A stretch of DNA of 64,000 bases, taken from Eledone cirrhosa (Eukaryota). Location of the stretch: NCBI GenBank assembly GCA_964016885.1, contig OZ024744.1, forward strand, positions 88,660,001 to 88,724,000, given 5' to 3'. This document shows positions 41,940-57,113 of this stretch, piece after piece. Within the stretch, counting starts at the first letter, position 1. Every line of letters begins with the position of its first letter. The notes beneath the pieces are model-generated. The model saw only the letters and a list, made by a program, of their open reading frames with translations. It did no database searches and was not told where the DNA came from. A program made the position numbers and the translations under genes.

Positions 41940-42020
41940 GCTGTCTGAAGATTCATTTCTTTCCCTTGGAAATTCTCTGGATTTCCAATCTTTTGGAATG
42001 ATGAAACCGTCGGTAACAGC
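41940..42020 (+). ncRNA. Type I hammerhead ribozyme fold (family A) inside fold-back module 41745-42203
   Basis: gctgt-CTGAAGA-extended stem II (tcatt/aatga plus ttggaaat/atttccaa)-GAAA-CCGTCGG-TA^acagc. The inverted arm 41745-41898 stops inside the core. Confidence 0.82.
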
Positions 42021-42200
42021 AATGGAACAGGTGGTAATTTAAATCGTTTTTAATTTATTTAGAGAATTGTTTAATAACCGCTTGCTTCGCTACTTTTTAT
42101 ATTGTTCTGGCATCTCGAATTAGTACCATTGAACCACATGTATTATAAACAACTTGAATATTTCTACAAGTACATTGTACCTGTTGAGGTATTCATCCAC

Positions 42201-42798
<598 letters not shown>

Positions 42799-42897
42799 TT
42801 ACATTACCCCGGAGTAAACAGACCAACCTGCGCACTTCGTTGAGTGCTCCAACCTGCATAATGAGGTGCAGGTAAACAACCAGCCCATACTTAAAAT

Positions 42898-42947
<50 letters not shown>

Positions 42948-43659
42948 ATAAAAATAATGAAGATCGTTGGTACTAAGTCAACGTCTAGCTAACTCAATGA
43001 ATCTGCCGAATTGCAGTAATGCAACTGCAACCAGCTGTGCAACATAACTTCACAAATGCAGATATTACATACGGAATGTTCAGAAAGTCACGTAATGTCA
43101 GAGGATATTTATGTAACCGGGCCAAGTCGTAACATATGTCTATGTAATGAATGATAGTCATTACCACTTAATAAGGTATCAAGCAGTTCTCGCCAATCTC
43201 ACACGCTGCCTCTAATGAAAAAGTGGAAAACTCCTATAGTAGAGTAAAACACGTGCTTTGGTGGTTAAATTCAAACAAAGCACTCAACTAGCTTCCTGTA
43301 TATATGCATATATACATAGCGAGGTATATACATGTGAGAAAAACCACAAACCCACCATCTCAATTCCACTTTTCAAAAGCAGAACAACTGCGAAACCGGT
43401 AAAGGAACCAAATAAATATATATTTAAAAAAAAAAAACTCCAGTTGCATTTTCGATTTCATCTTTTTTCCTTATATATATATAATTATATATAATTACTA
43501 GCATAATGGCCCGGCGTTACTGGGGATTTGCTCTACGGTTCTTATATATTTGATATATATTTATCCTTCTCGAGCATCGTGAAGTAAATACGTTTGCTTA
43601 TATTTTGTTATTGTGTATGCAAAAGTATCTGTACACGAATATATAATTATTTATATATA

Positions 43660-45545
43660 TATATTTATTAAAATAACAGATTAAAGTTTAAGCAAAAATC
43701 GCTGCTTTCACCCTTAACGGGATCTTCTGAAACTAACAAAGTCAATCTGTGAACGCAGAAGTGAATATTTCAAAAAACGTTGCAACCGGAGGAAGACAGG
43801 AAGACGATACTTTGGTTCGTGGAAACGTTCCCTGGCAAAGAACGGGAAAAAACGAATATAATACGTCATTATTTGGAGCGGTGAAAAACAATTACACGCA
43901 AAGACAAAACCACGTTTATGGTATAAAAGAAGTCGTACAGTAATATTCTATTAGGTGGTTCATAGAGACGTTCTCTGGCAATAAACGGAAAAAACGAAGA
44001 TAATACGTCATATGTGGAGCAGGGAGAACAATTGCACACAAAGACAAAACCACGTAAATTGTATAACTGAAGTCGTAGACTAAAATTCTAACTAGTAAAC
44101 CGAATGATTCTCGGCTTCAGAGTTAAGAATAAAGTAAATAAAATACAGAGGTAATTGAAATTAAATAAATACACGCATCCAAATACGTACATACACAAGC
44201 ATACGCGAAAACACTTGCCATAGGTATACAAATACACGCACGTACACAAAAAAAAACCGCACGCACATACAGAACTCACGCAACGCCTGTACTCGCACGC
44301 ATACGAATGTATACAGCAAATAGACATAAAAATATATATAAAAAAATAAATATATATATATGTGTGTGTGTGCGTGTATACATATAATTAAATAAACGTA
44401 TATAAATAAATAAATACGTATATAACAAGCGCACACACATACCTACATGTAAATACACATATGTTCGGAAACGGACGTCAACCAAAACACGAAGTACGCA
44501 TATACACACACTCTACATACGTAGAACCCGCATACTCTCACAGACGCAAAACTCAGGTATACACATAACCAAAAGCATATGTACCAGAATATATGATATA
44601 TACGCCATGACATATACAATCAAGTATACATACTAGAAAGTATACGTACGAGAAAGTATACGTACCTTCACAAAACATACAGGTAATATATACTTACCTA
44701 TACAAATAAGTTATGATATATAGTTCGTTCCATCCGTTGGGGTATAATGTGGGGCTGTAATACAGGAAAGTGCTGTGCAATTTATGTTTACAAGCCGAAA
44801 TTGCCTCAGATTTTTTGTTTAAGATGTGGTCTTTGGCGTACAGTATTTCCAGGGCCTCAGCGTCGCAGAGGACACATGGTTATTTATTTCCGTTATACGA
44901 TCTAGCCCTAGCTAGGATCTCCCAGTGTAACTTATATTGGGTGTGATTGTTTTTTAGACTCCAGATATAAGCTGAAAGTGACGTCATATTCCTTCTTAAA
45001 GGGTAACGAAAAGAATGGGTATGCATGTAAAGACGCTGCTTGAATCTATTGGCGGTTAACCCTATGTAGGCCCTACGGGACGTGTGTGTTTCAACCTTAC
45101 ATTTGTAGACAATGTTACTTGGTTTTTGGTTATGCTGGCAGGATGGTTAGAATGCTTACTTACGTAATTAAGCGTATCATTCGGCCTTCTATACGGGTAA
45201 TGCAAGCCATTCGATAAATTGAGGGTAACGTCGAGGTACGAGGTAATTAACGACCGAGAGGTTGGCCTCAACCTGTATGGAGAGGTTGAAGCCTTTTAAG
45301 AAGGCTGTGAGTTCTTTTCTGAACCTGTCGCAAGCATGTGGGCCTCACTTAATCATGGTCAAAAGACCATCAACACGGTACAAACCACCGCCTACGTTGG
45401 GAAATTCTTCCTTGATAGAGAAAAGAAGGAAAAGCCCGATAAGATCAGTAACCTCCGCAGAATCGCTGGCGCCCATACTCACGTCGAATGGGGGTACTAT
45501 TAGATTTTGTAATCCAAATAGAGTCGTCGAAATTAATTACCGACT
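43660..45545 (-). mobile_element. Decayed Penelope-like retroelement: RT remnant, C-terminal GIY-YIG endonuclease, long 3' repeat
   Basis: The - strand reads FDVSMGASDSAEVTDLIGLFLL, GLYRVDGL, YLDVTLNL..PYRRPND..SNHP, then YIGLTANRFKQRLYMH..SLSAYIWSLK..WEIL..CVLCDAE..LNKKSE..CKH. It has internal deletions and a stop. The 3' region ends with the CAGAAGA fold at 43685-43734. Confidence 0.85.
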
Positions 45546-45857
45546 TTATATATATATATGGAAAAGAATGAAACGAAATTTCATTTCTCACTCTTATTAC
45601 GGCTGATACCTAAATATAAATATGTATATGTACATACATATATGAGTACAGACGTACAGTAATATGTATAAATATACATACATGCACACATATATATATG
45701 TACGTATCGGTTTACCGAACATTTATAATAATGTTCGGTTTGTTTGTAAACAAACAGCCCGAAACTAGTACATCGTTTCTGTGTCAGTGTTGAACAAAAG
45801 GGCGACGATGGTTGCCGAGCACTGTACGGTGTAATTCGGGCTGTTTGTTTACAACTT

Positions 45858-46423
45858 TTTCGGCCTCCACCCGCTTTCTTGTCGCCACAGTGCCGGCCGC
45901 ATTCCACGCCATGCTGCCCTCAACGTGGTCATTAAGCATGGCTTGGACGCTGCAGGCTTCCCTTCCCAGCTCGAGCCGGTGGGGCTGGATCGAGGGGACG
46001 GCAAAAGGCCAGATGGCATGACCATCTTCCCGTCCGCGGTGGCAAACCCCTAGTCTGGGATGTCACTTGCACCGACACTTTCTGCAGCCGTAACCTGGTG
46101 CAGTCTGCGACTGACCCAGGTTCTGCTGCACGTCGGGCTGAGGGGGCCAAACTTCTCAAATACTGGTCACTCTCCGACAGGTTTGCGGTCGTACCCATGG
46201 CAGTGGAGACATCTGGTGTCCTCGTTCCCAGGGCTACCTCCTTACACACCACCATAGGCGCTGAGCTGGCCAGCCGCAGGTGATAGCCCCGTGAGTTGGA
46301 GTGGCTTTTCCAGCGCGTCTCTCTTGCCGTCCTCCGGGGAAAAGCCTTCTCCATGCTACCACCGGGGCGTACCGTTGTAGTTGTTGTATACAGATATTAA
46401 CTCATCAATCCCATTATTTATAA

Positions 46424-46425
<2 letters not shown>
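45858..46425 (+). mobile_element. CRE-like non-LTR retrotransposon 3' fragment (CCHC end plus RLE)
   Basis: [66 protein letters not shown]. Confidence 0.85.
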
Positions 46426-46464
<39 letters not shown>

Positions 46465-46524
46465 TTCTGAAACTAAAATAATAAATCTGTGAACGCAGAA
46501 GTAAATATTTCGAAAAATGTTACA

Positions 46525-46584
<60 letters not shown>

Positions 46585-46699
46585 TATACACACACACACA
46601 CACCTTGTCATAATGACGTAATGCAGACAGACAGATATTATAATGGCGCGACGTAATATCTATGTATCTATCTAAAAAGAGAGAGACTAAGAGAGAGAC

Positions 46700-46892
46700 T
46701 AAGAGATCGCTAAATCGCCTAATGCGGTCCCTAGGGCATTGAAAATTTGAAATTTCTTTTGCTCAGAACACTCAATGGGACCATAAGTATTACATGTGTA
46801 AAGTTTGAAAACAATCATTTCGGTGGTTCTCGAGTTTTAGCGATTGTACAGACAGACAGACAGACAAACAGACATTCTCTGTTTTAGTAAGA
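46700..46892 (-). mobile_element. Helitron 5' fragment
   Basis: Reverse complement of 31440-31590, with (CAGA)n. Confidence 0.7.
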
Positions 46893-46920
46893 TAGTTATA
46901 TATGGAATATACATCAGGAA

Positions 46921-46960
46921 TGGCTGATGATTTCATATGAATGAAACAGTTCTAGTTCTA
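46921..46960 (+). ncRNA. Hammerhead-like fold (family G)
   Basis: tgg-CTGATGA-t-ttcatatgaa-t-GAAAC-agttcta-GTT^cta. Stems I and III are short. Confidence 0.5.
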
Positions 46961-48306
46961 TAGAAGCCGTTTCTATATTAAATAATAATGTTTTACACTC
47001 TAATCATCTATTGAGTACCTTATCTACTATGTTTTTTCCCCGATGTATCTCGAGATCTACATATATATGTGTGTGTGTGTTTACGTGTGCACGCATCAGT
47101 GTGTGTGCGCGCGCGCGCGTGTGTGTGTGTGCACGTGTTTGTGCTGCAGTCAGCAATGGAGTGTCTACATATTTGCTCAACCTCCAAGAAGTAGCAGCTA
47201 AATCTCTCTCAAAGCAGTCACTATCATGTGTTGGCTTCGCAAATGCAAATTCAAAAAGGAAGGTGTCTAATTTATTGCAGAACAAGTCTGTAGTGGTTGC
47301 AAGGGGAATTATGCTCTGTATATAATGTTACATTGTCACATTTTTACTCCATCATTTTATTTATTCTCAATACCAGCTCTATATATATGATACAGTCATG
47401 AAAAAAAAACCAAAAAAAAACCCGGACGTATAAGATTATAGTCGTCGGACAAAAGAAATACTTTTTAATCATAGGATGCATTATAATGTGTTATACTAGT
47501 GAAGAATGACAACAAACATCACAGCTGTATCCAGTTCACTTCTGTCTGATAAGAATGTTCGCCATTGTAAGCAGCAGTGCATCGTTAAACAACATACTGA
47601 GGCAAAATTCTGCCGTTGATTTAGTTTCGTTTTATGTAAAGTATCATCTAGAACAACCTCTGATACATTATATTGAGACCCACCTCAGATACAAGCCAAA
47701 ATATGCAATTTAAAACATTAAATCGAAGCCGCGTAATTCATATGGTTTATATAGTCAGATTATTTATTTGCATTCATTTCCATGTTGTAAACGTCCAAGC
47801 CTGCCTTGAATTTATGCAGGACAAACCACAACCATAGATATACCATATACATACTCAACTTAGTGTATTGTGGAGCTTCACTTTGAATATATTACATGCA
47901 GACTCGCCCTGGGTCAATTATATGGAGTCGAAGCAAAGTTCTTTTAATGTTATGTAGAGTCCCTATCACCGCAGAAAACGCCTTTACATCGAGCTAACAA
48001 AAAAAAAAAGACTTTACGTTTGTAAAATCGACTTGCTAGAAATAGCAGAAAAATCACTCAGTACCGATTTAAAAGGCAGAGTTTGAACAACGACGTAGTC
48101 ACAGCGTCATAGCCGCCAAACAACGCCCCACTCATTCAGGAATGACCCGGATGTAACCAACAGCAATAACAACTACTTCACGTGAGAATTAATCTGTGAG
48201 ATGTGGTGAAAGGGAATACAATCTTCATTCATAGGCAAAAATATGATATCTATGTATGTATGCATACTTATATATATATATCATATTTTTGCCTATGAAT
48301 GAAGAT

Positions 48307-48359
<53 letters not shown>

Positions 48360-48382
48360 ATGTATGTATGTATGTATGTATG

Positions 48383-48430
<48 letters not shown>

Positions 48431-48433
<3 letters not shown>

Positions 48434-48636
48434 CGAAGGAATTGTGGTAAGGGACCAGATGGACCATAACGCACCAATGTAATCAATACTTAGGGTAGTA
48501 GAGTGGGTAATAGGAACATTTATGAGCCCGACGGCAGAGCTCAAGCCGTTTCGACGGCTATTTCTGGACGCCGTTTTATGTGTCCAGAAATAGCCGTCAA
48601 AACGGCTTGAGCTCTGCCGTCGAGGTCATACTTGTT

Positions 48637-48640
<4 letters not shown>
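48431..48640. mobile_element. TA-embedded fold-back element (family of 30019-30198)
   Basis: Longer inverted arms that extend to gctatttctggac/gtccagaaatagc. Confidence 0.8.
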
Positions 48641-48681
<41 letters not shown>

Positions 48682-49762
48682 GGATACAGAAAATATGCGT
48701 ATGATGTATGATATGTGTATGATGTATGGATATGATGCGAATGATATGTGTGAGAATATGCTTCTGTATATAAGTGTATATCTGTGTATATATGTGTACG
48801 AGGATGTGCGTGAGGCGAGAGGGAACCTAATAAATGAAAATATACAAATGGACATAAATACATTATATTGCAGGTTAAGACACGGTGTCCAGTAAGATGT
48901 AATCACACATCAAAAGTAGAGCCTAAAGCGGATTAGGAATTCATTCACAAACAAAAACAATGGCCACAGCAGCAAAAACAAAAAGAGCAGTAATAATAAT
49001 AATAATAATAACAACAACGACGAAGAAGAAGAAGAAGAAGAAGAAGAAGAAGAAGAAGAAGAAGAAGAAGAAGAAGAAGAAGAAGAAGAAGAAGAAGAAG
49101 AAGAAGAATGAAGAAGAAGAAGAAGAAGAAGAAGAAGAAGAAGAAGAAGAAGAAGAAGAAGAAGAAGAAGAAGAAGAAGAAGAAGAAGAAGAAGAAGAAG
49201 AGGGAGAAGAAGAAGAAGAAGAAGAAGAAGAAGAAGAAGAAGAAGAAGAAGAAGAAGAAGAAGAAGAATGATAATAATGATAAAATACAACGATAAGACA
49301 AATAAAGTAAAACAAGAAAATTATATTAGTATTAATATCCCCGGAAATAAATACTACTACTACTACTACCACTCTACCGCTACCATTAACATTACCACTA
49401 CCACTATCACTACCTCTAACAACAGAGAACTTGCATGTTTCATATCTATTCATATTTATATGTTAATGTATTCTTTTATATAGTATGTGTGTGTTTATTT
49501 ATATGTATATACATGCATATATATACATACATACCTACCTGCATGCATACTTACATACATATATATATACACACATATTCATACATATACACATACATAC
49601 AAACACACATAAATACATACATACGTACGTACATACGGGCATGTATACAAACGTACATACATACATGCATACATACATACGTACAAACAGATAAAAATAC
49701 ATACATACATACATACATATATACATACATATGTACAAAGAGATAAAGATACATACATACAT

Positions 49763-50097
49763 ACATGGTGGCTGCCAACTCGTTTTCGAGTACGGCCACT
49801 ACTTTATATCCATGTAGGAGAACCCCTACTGATGCGCTGAACAAGTGTGACTTATTAGTCCAGCCAGCGACTTGAAAACTCTGGTACAAACATTACACTT
49901 GTGACAATTATTGACACATAGTGCTGGGCCCATGGTACCATGTGATGACAAGTGCAGAGAGATCTCCAAATATAAAGCAATGCCTGTGCCGTGAAGCTTT
50001 TATAGTGAGCAAAGGCACTGCACAAAGCCAGTCCCACTCTCTTAACCAAGATGATATTTACCAAAAAGAAGAACAAGTCAACATCATTGGATACCAT
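49763..50097 (-). mobile_element. RTE-like LINE 3' fragment
   Basis: Reverse-complement copy of 25910-26240, with a (CATA)n tail. Confidence 0.6.
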
Positions 50098-50374
50098 CAG
50101 GGTTGCAGGTGTTATATCAGAGTTTTCCTTCTCCTAGAATTCTGTCTTGACAAAGGCTAAGGGGTCATCTCTCCCGGTGAATTTGCGATGTCCAATAACT
50201 CTTAAGAGCTCCTTTGTCCTTTGACAGGTTATGTTTTTAGTCCTGTAGGATGTCCAAAGTCACCCTCCTCACCAAGAAACCTTGGTGGGGTTGCCAGTTT
50301 AGTCGCCAACGACCCGACCATGGGACAGGTTGTACTGGGATACATGTTACCAGTAGCACCAACTGGTGACCTGA
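50097..50374 (+). mobile_element. Interspersed repeat ending in (CATA)n; second copy inverted at about 50873-51010
   Basis: ccctcctcaccaagaaa.cttggtgggg.tgcc.gtttagtcgcc..cgacccgaccatg occurs in both copies. Confidence 0.6.
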
Positions 50375-51322
50375 CATACATACATACATACATACATACA
50401 TACATACATACATACATACATACATACATACATACATACATACATACATACATACATACATACACAATGGACGAATAGCCATGATGAAGAGGTTCAGACA
50501 TTCTATTCTTATAACACATCTTTCTACATTGATAGAAGAAAATATGTGAAATACAAATGGTGGAAAACATTGCCGAAACTCCATTATTGTTATATAAACT
50601 AGCTAACTGCGCGCGGTAAAAAATGAAGGCTAATTTTAATATCTATACATAATATAAAATGTGATGTTTGTTTGTTGGTTTGTTCCTTCGTGCTCACTCA
50701 CACAAGTGATACAAGCATAATACAAACACACAGTCAATGTGTGTAGCCAAATAGTTACACACATACATACACACAACTAAATATCTATAAGACTGTAATA
50801 GATATTTATACATATATATGTGTGTATGTGTGTCTGTGTGTCTGTGTATGTATATATATATATATATATATGTCAGGTCGATCTCGAGTGTTAGTTGTAA
50901 CATGTAACCCAGTACCGCTTGTCTCATGGTCGGGTCGCCGGCGACTAAACCGGCATCCCCACCAAGCTTTCTTGGTGAGGAGGGTGATATGTGGACACCC
51001 TGCGGGATGAAATACAAGACTCGGAAAATGGCGGAGGAACTCAGAAGAGTCAACGGCCATCCAAATAGTAAACTTTTTCTTTCTTTTTTTTTTTTTCCAC
51101 CTTTCTTCGAGAGAGAAACTTTGAAAAAAAACCTATGGCTTCGGAAGCATCCCATGATGCTGACAAGTTCTTCTTTAGGGGTACTGTTTTCTATGCTCAA
51201 AGAGGGGGATTGGTCGAGTGCAAGGCCTTTCCCCACTTAAAAAACCTTCAAAGTACAGGCATTGCTTGTTATGATCTGTTACAAGCGATTGCAATACTCT
51301 TAGCAGAGTCTGCAGCCATCAT

Positions 51323-51398
<76 letters not shown>

Positions 51399-51408
51399 AT
51401 GTGTGTGT

Positions 51409-51455
<47 letters not shown>

Positions 51456-51654
51456 TATACAGAGAGATAGAGAGATAGATAGATAGAGAAAGAGAGGCAG
51501 AGTGAGAAAGAAAGAGAGAGAGAGACAGACAGACAGATAGAGTGAGAGAGTTGGCAACATGAATAGACCTGTTTTTTTTCTCTTAAAAGCATTTTCTGAT
51601 TCCACTCTGCCCGGCGTCTCAATCTTTCTATTTCTTCTTTAATTTCTCATTATT

Positions 51655-51690
51655 TCTTCTGGTGAAGGACTAGCGTCCGAAACGTTGAGA
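51655..51690 (+). ncRNA. Minimal hammerhead-like fold, degenerate core (family I)
   Basis: tctt-CTGGTGA-a-ggac-tagc-gtcc-GAAACGTT^gaga. The downstream sequence recurs at about 62551-62645. Confidence 0.55.
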
Positions 51691-51801
51691 CCCTTTTCCC
51701 GTTATTTCAAGCGTTAAACTAATATATTCCTTCTATATTCTATACCGTTTGTTTTGTTATTTTTGTTATCCTTCTTTATCCTTTACACACACACACTGAG
51801 A

Positions 51802-51856
<55 letters not shown>

Positions 51857-52169
51857 CTTTTCTTCTTCTTCTTCTTCTTCTTCTTCTTCTTCTTCTTCTT
51901 CTTCTTCTTCTTCTTCTTCTTCTTCTTCTCCCCCTCATTCTTCTTCCTCTTCTTTTCTTTCTTCTTCTTCTTCTTCTTCTTCTTCTTCTTCTTCTTCTTC
52001 TTCTTCTTCACCATTTTTTTCTAATCCTGCAACGGCTGCTGTTGTTATTTATTGCAGGGGTAAAGCTGTTTGACAAATCTTCTTCCAATCAACATATCTG
52101 GTGCACATTCATGGTAAGTTAGTTTCATATCGACAAACTGATTTGATTGTTGTCAGCTCTATCCCAGCC

Positions 52170-53170
52170 CCTACACCACCACTACCTACCAGAACCGACA
52201 CCAGCACCACCTCCCCAGCATCAACACCACCACCACTGATAACCACCAACGCCACCATCAATGCCATTGGCGATACTACTACCAACAGTATCACCATCAC
52301 CAACAACATCATCGCCACCACCACCTCCCCAGCATCAAGACCACCACCACCACCACCACCACCACCATCAATGCTATGCCGATACCACTACCATCAGTAT
52401 CACCATTACCATCACCACCATCACCATCAACATCATCGCCACCACCACCACAACCATCACTACCATTGCCGATACCACTACAATCAGTATCACAATCTCC
52501 ACCATCACCAACATCAACACCATCACCACTGACTACCACTATAATCACAATCACCACCACCATCATCACCACCACCGCCACCACCAACACCATGACCACC
52601 ATAATCACCACCTCCACCACCATCACCACCACCACCACCACCACCATCACCATCACCATCACCACCACCACCACCATCACCATCAGCATCACCACCACCA
52701 CCACCACCACCACCACCACCACCACCACCGTCACCACCAGCATCACCACCACCACCACCACCATCACCATCACCACCAGCATCACCACCACCACCACCAC
52801 CACCATCACCATCACCAGCACCACCAGCACCACCATCACCACCACCAACACAATCACCACCACAACCATCACCATCACCACCACCACCACCATCATCATC
52901 ACCACCACCACCACCACCATCATCACCACCACCACCACCACCACCATCATCATCACCACCACCACCACCACCACCATCATCACCACCACCACCACCACCA
53001 CCATCATCATCACCACCACCACCACCACCATCATCATCACCACCACCACCACCACCATCACCATCACCATCAGCATCACCACCACCATCACCATCACAAC
53101 CACCACCATCACCATCACAACCACCACCATCACCACCATTATTACCATCACAACTACCAATACCACTACC
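52170..53170. repeat. ~1 kb imperfect (CAC/CAT)n tract followed by (GAA)n and (GA)n
   Basis: Direct reading. Confidence 0.95.
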
Positions 53171-53612
53171 AGGAAAGAAAGCAAAGAAGAAGAAGAAGAA
53201 GAAGAAGAAGAAGAAGAAGAAGAAGAAGAAGAAGAATGAGGAGGAGGAGGAGATGGAGAAGAAGAAGAAGAAGAAGAAGAAGAAGAAGAAGAAGAAGAAG
53301 AAGAAGAAGAAGAAGAAGAAGAAGAAGAAGAAGAAGAAGAAGGAAGCGAAGGTGGCGGAGGAGGGGGCAGTTACCAATATCACCACCGCGCCGCCTGTCC
53401 CAAATAGAAATAGAGAAAGAAAGAAGGAAATAGAGATAAAAGACGGAAAGAAAGAGAGAAAAAGAGAAAGAGAGAGAGTAAGAAGGAAACAAAGAAATAA
53501 AGCGGCAGAGTGATTGCCTATAACGGTTTGATCGATGAGGCGGGGTGTTGCAGTTATGTGAAATGAAAGTGGTTCCATGTGGAAGGGTGGTTACATGTAA
53601 TGGTGAGAGAGA

Positions 53613-53659
<47 letters not shown>

Positions 53660-53669
53660 GAGAGAGAGA

Positions 53670-53717
<48 letters not shown>

Positions 53718-53787
53718 AAGAGACAGACAGAGAAAGAGAGAGAGAGTGAGAGAGAGAGATAGAGAAGAGTCAGAGAGAGAAAGAGAC

Positions 53788-53841
<54 letters not shown>

Positions 53842-53905
53842 GAGCCAGAAAGAGAAAGAGAGAGAAAAGTAAAGTCAAGTGTGTTCTGTGTGTGTCTGTG
53901 TGTAC

Positions 53906-53936
<31 letters not shown>

Positions 53937-54123
53937 TATATATATATATGTTTATATATATGTATGCATACATAGTCTTCAAATTTATTATTATTACATA
54001 TATACATATATATATATATATACACACATATACATATATATTTATATATATAATCACATATATATACGCATATAAATGTGTGTGTGGATGTGTGTATGCA
54101 TATATGTGATATATACCATTTTA

Positions 54124-54168
<45 letters not shown>

Positions 54169-54170
54169 GC

Positions 54171-54275
<105 letters not shown>

Positions 54276-54296
54276 TATATATATATATATATATAC

Positions 54297-54452
54297 GTTA
54301 TTCCGGGTTGAATCGGAGGTAACCACAGTAAGTAAGGTACTCAATACATAGCAGAGTATAAAAGTTTTAATATAGATGAGATTCTACAGGACTAGAACTG
54401 TGATGATTTCTAAAGAATGAAACAGTTCTAGTCCTGTAGAATCTCATCTATA
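54297..54452. mobile_element. Fold-back module (family G), second copy of 25495-25710
   Basis: Same long arm. The short arm starts at TGATGA and contains GAAACAGTTCTAGTC. Confidence 0.68.
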
Positions 54453-54550
54453 GATATATATATATATGTATAAATGAAAATAAAGAAATTATTGTGAGCA
54501 AGAAGCCAAGAGTATTTCATAATATATAAGTGACTATAACGTCAAAATGG

Positions 54551-54599
<49 letters not shown>

Positions 54600-54642
54600 G
54601 CATACATGTATATATATATATGTGTATGTATGTATGTGTATG

Positions 54643-54726
<84 letters not shown>

Positions 54727-54759
54727 CACATACATACATACACATTCATACATACATAC

Positions 54760-54790
<31 letters not shown>

Positions 54791-55102
54791 TGTATGTATG
54801 TATGTATGTATGTATGTGTGTATGTATGTATGTGTGCATGTATGATGTAGTATAGGAAACTGAACTACATTATATTGATTTTGGCTACGTTATGGATATC
54901 CAGAAACACGTCAAATCCGACATAAAGCAACAGAATGGCGATGCGACTCACATAGACGCTGGCAAATGTAACACAATTTTGTTGAAGCGACTCAGTGCCG
55001 AAAACATTCAAACTGATGACGTATGACAGATTGTCATACGTCATCAGCTCTATGTTCGATATATATATATAAATATATATATATGTATATATAAATATAT
55101 AC

Positions 55103-55264
<162 letters not shown>

Positions 55265-56066
55265 ATACATACATATATAGGTGTGTGTGCACATGCACGC
55301 ACACACACACACACACACACGCATATATATATATATATATATACATATATATTTGTGTATGTGTGTGTGCGTGTGCACACACACATATATATATATTTAA
55401 AGTAGTATATATACATATATATATATGTATGTATGTATTTATACATATATGTATATATGTATATATATGTATGTATAGAGGGAGAGATTGTTTTGTTGTT
55501 GTTTTTTTCTTTCTTCCTTTGGCGTAGTCCTTAAGAGGATCAGTGTACAATGGATGTATGAAGATAGTTGTAGGGGAAATCGGCTTACGACAACGTTCGG
55601 AGGCTGTCGGCCGAAATCGTCACTTGTCGGGATTTGCTGGCCACCTCTCCTGTTTTGAAAGAGTGGTTTACTCCACTCTAAGCGATGACAGTGACTATTT
55701 TCGACAGATCCTTATAATAAGTACATGGAATATAAATTCTACCGAACATGTTTCTAGTTCTTTCCTTCTTCTTCTTCTTCTTCTTCTTCTTCTTCTTCTT
55801 CTTCTTCTTCTTCTTCTTCTTCTTCTTCTTCTTCTTCTTCTTCTTCTTCGTTCATCTTTCATCTTTTATTTTGCCCCTCTTTTCTTTTACGTGGGTATAT
55901 ATATATATATTTTTTTTGTTTTTTTTGTTTTCCCCCTTTTGAGAACGGCTCAAATACATGCAATGTCGGCTCATCTCCTTGCTTTCTTTAGTTGTTCTTC
56001 TGTATTGATGAGATGATAACAGTTATAGTAATGATGTATATGATGGTTAAGCCGAGATACATGTTA

Positions 56067-56152
<86 letters not shown>

Positions 56153-56282
56153 TGTGTGTGTGGAAGTAGAGAATGTGATATGAGACGACTGTATATAATA
56201 TGGTATGTTATAGCCAAAACTGACACTGCAGGATGAAAATAGATATAATCACCTATGTTGTTGTTGTTGCTGTTGTTGCTGC

Positions 56283-56325
<43 letters not shown>

Positions 56326-56437
56326 GATCTTATTGCTGTTATTGCTGGTGTTGTTGTTGTTGTTTTTGTTGTCGTCGTTGTTGTTTTTTGTTGTTATTGG
56401 TTGTTGTTGCTCTTATTTTTGTTGTTGTGGCTGTGGC

Positions 56438-56517
<80 letters not shown>

Positions 56518-56654
56518 TAGAGGACGAGGATGAGTTGGAGGGGGAACAGGATGACGTTGCTGATGATGGTGATGATGCTTAAATTGATGATGGTAAATGC
56601 GGGTATGGTAACGATGACGGTGAAGATGCATATTTTTATCATTATCATTACTAT

Positions 56655-56822
56655 TCGGTAGGCAGAATCGGTAGAGCGTCGGACAACATGTTTTTCAGCA
56701 TAGAGTTACGTCCTTTTGCGTTCTGAATTCAAATCCCGCCAAAGTTAGATTGTACTGGGGTTGATTTAGACTTCCCTCTCCCCATAATTGTTGGCCTTCC
56801 TTGTGCCTAAATCAGATACCTT
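56655..56822 (+). mobile_element. tRNA-derived SINE, internally deleted variant
   Basis: ggcagaatcggtagagcgtcggac..gaattcaaatcccgcc..ccttgtgcctaaatcagatac. Confidence 0.7.
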
Positions 56823-56927
56823 TATTATTATGTAGATGATAATGATGATGATGATGTTGGTGGTGGAGGTGGTGATGATGATGATGATGATGACGATGAT
56901 GACGACGACGACGACGATGATGATAAT

Positions 56928-57113
56928 ATTTGTTTCTACTTTTCGCACAAGGCCAGCAATTATCCAGTACATTACTGGTACTTTATTTTATCAACCCCTG
57001 TAAGGATGAAAGGCAAAGTTAACCTCGGCGGGATTTGAACTCAGAGCGTAAAGGGACGTAACTATGATGCAAAGCATGGCGTCCGACCCTCCACCGATAC
57101 TGCCAATCCACCG
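56928..57113 (-). mobile_element. tRNA-derived SINE copy
   Basis: Same family as 30243-30420. Confidence 0.8.

Noticed and set aside
43330-43475. GAAACCGGTA as a hammerhead 3' half (family also at 29830-29978)
   Set aside because: No CUGANGA or stem I partner was found upstream, and the second copy is degenerate at this motif.
47140-48220. Unique-looking sequence as further host exons
   Set aside because: No convincing acceptor-open frame-donor combination was found by eye.
52101-53578. His-rich or mucin-like Thr-rich ORFs
   Set aside because: They derive from (CAC)n/(GAA)n microsatellite. A mucin-like exon is not excluded but is unsupported.
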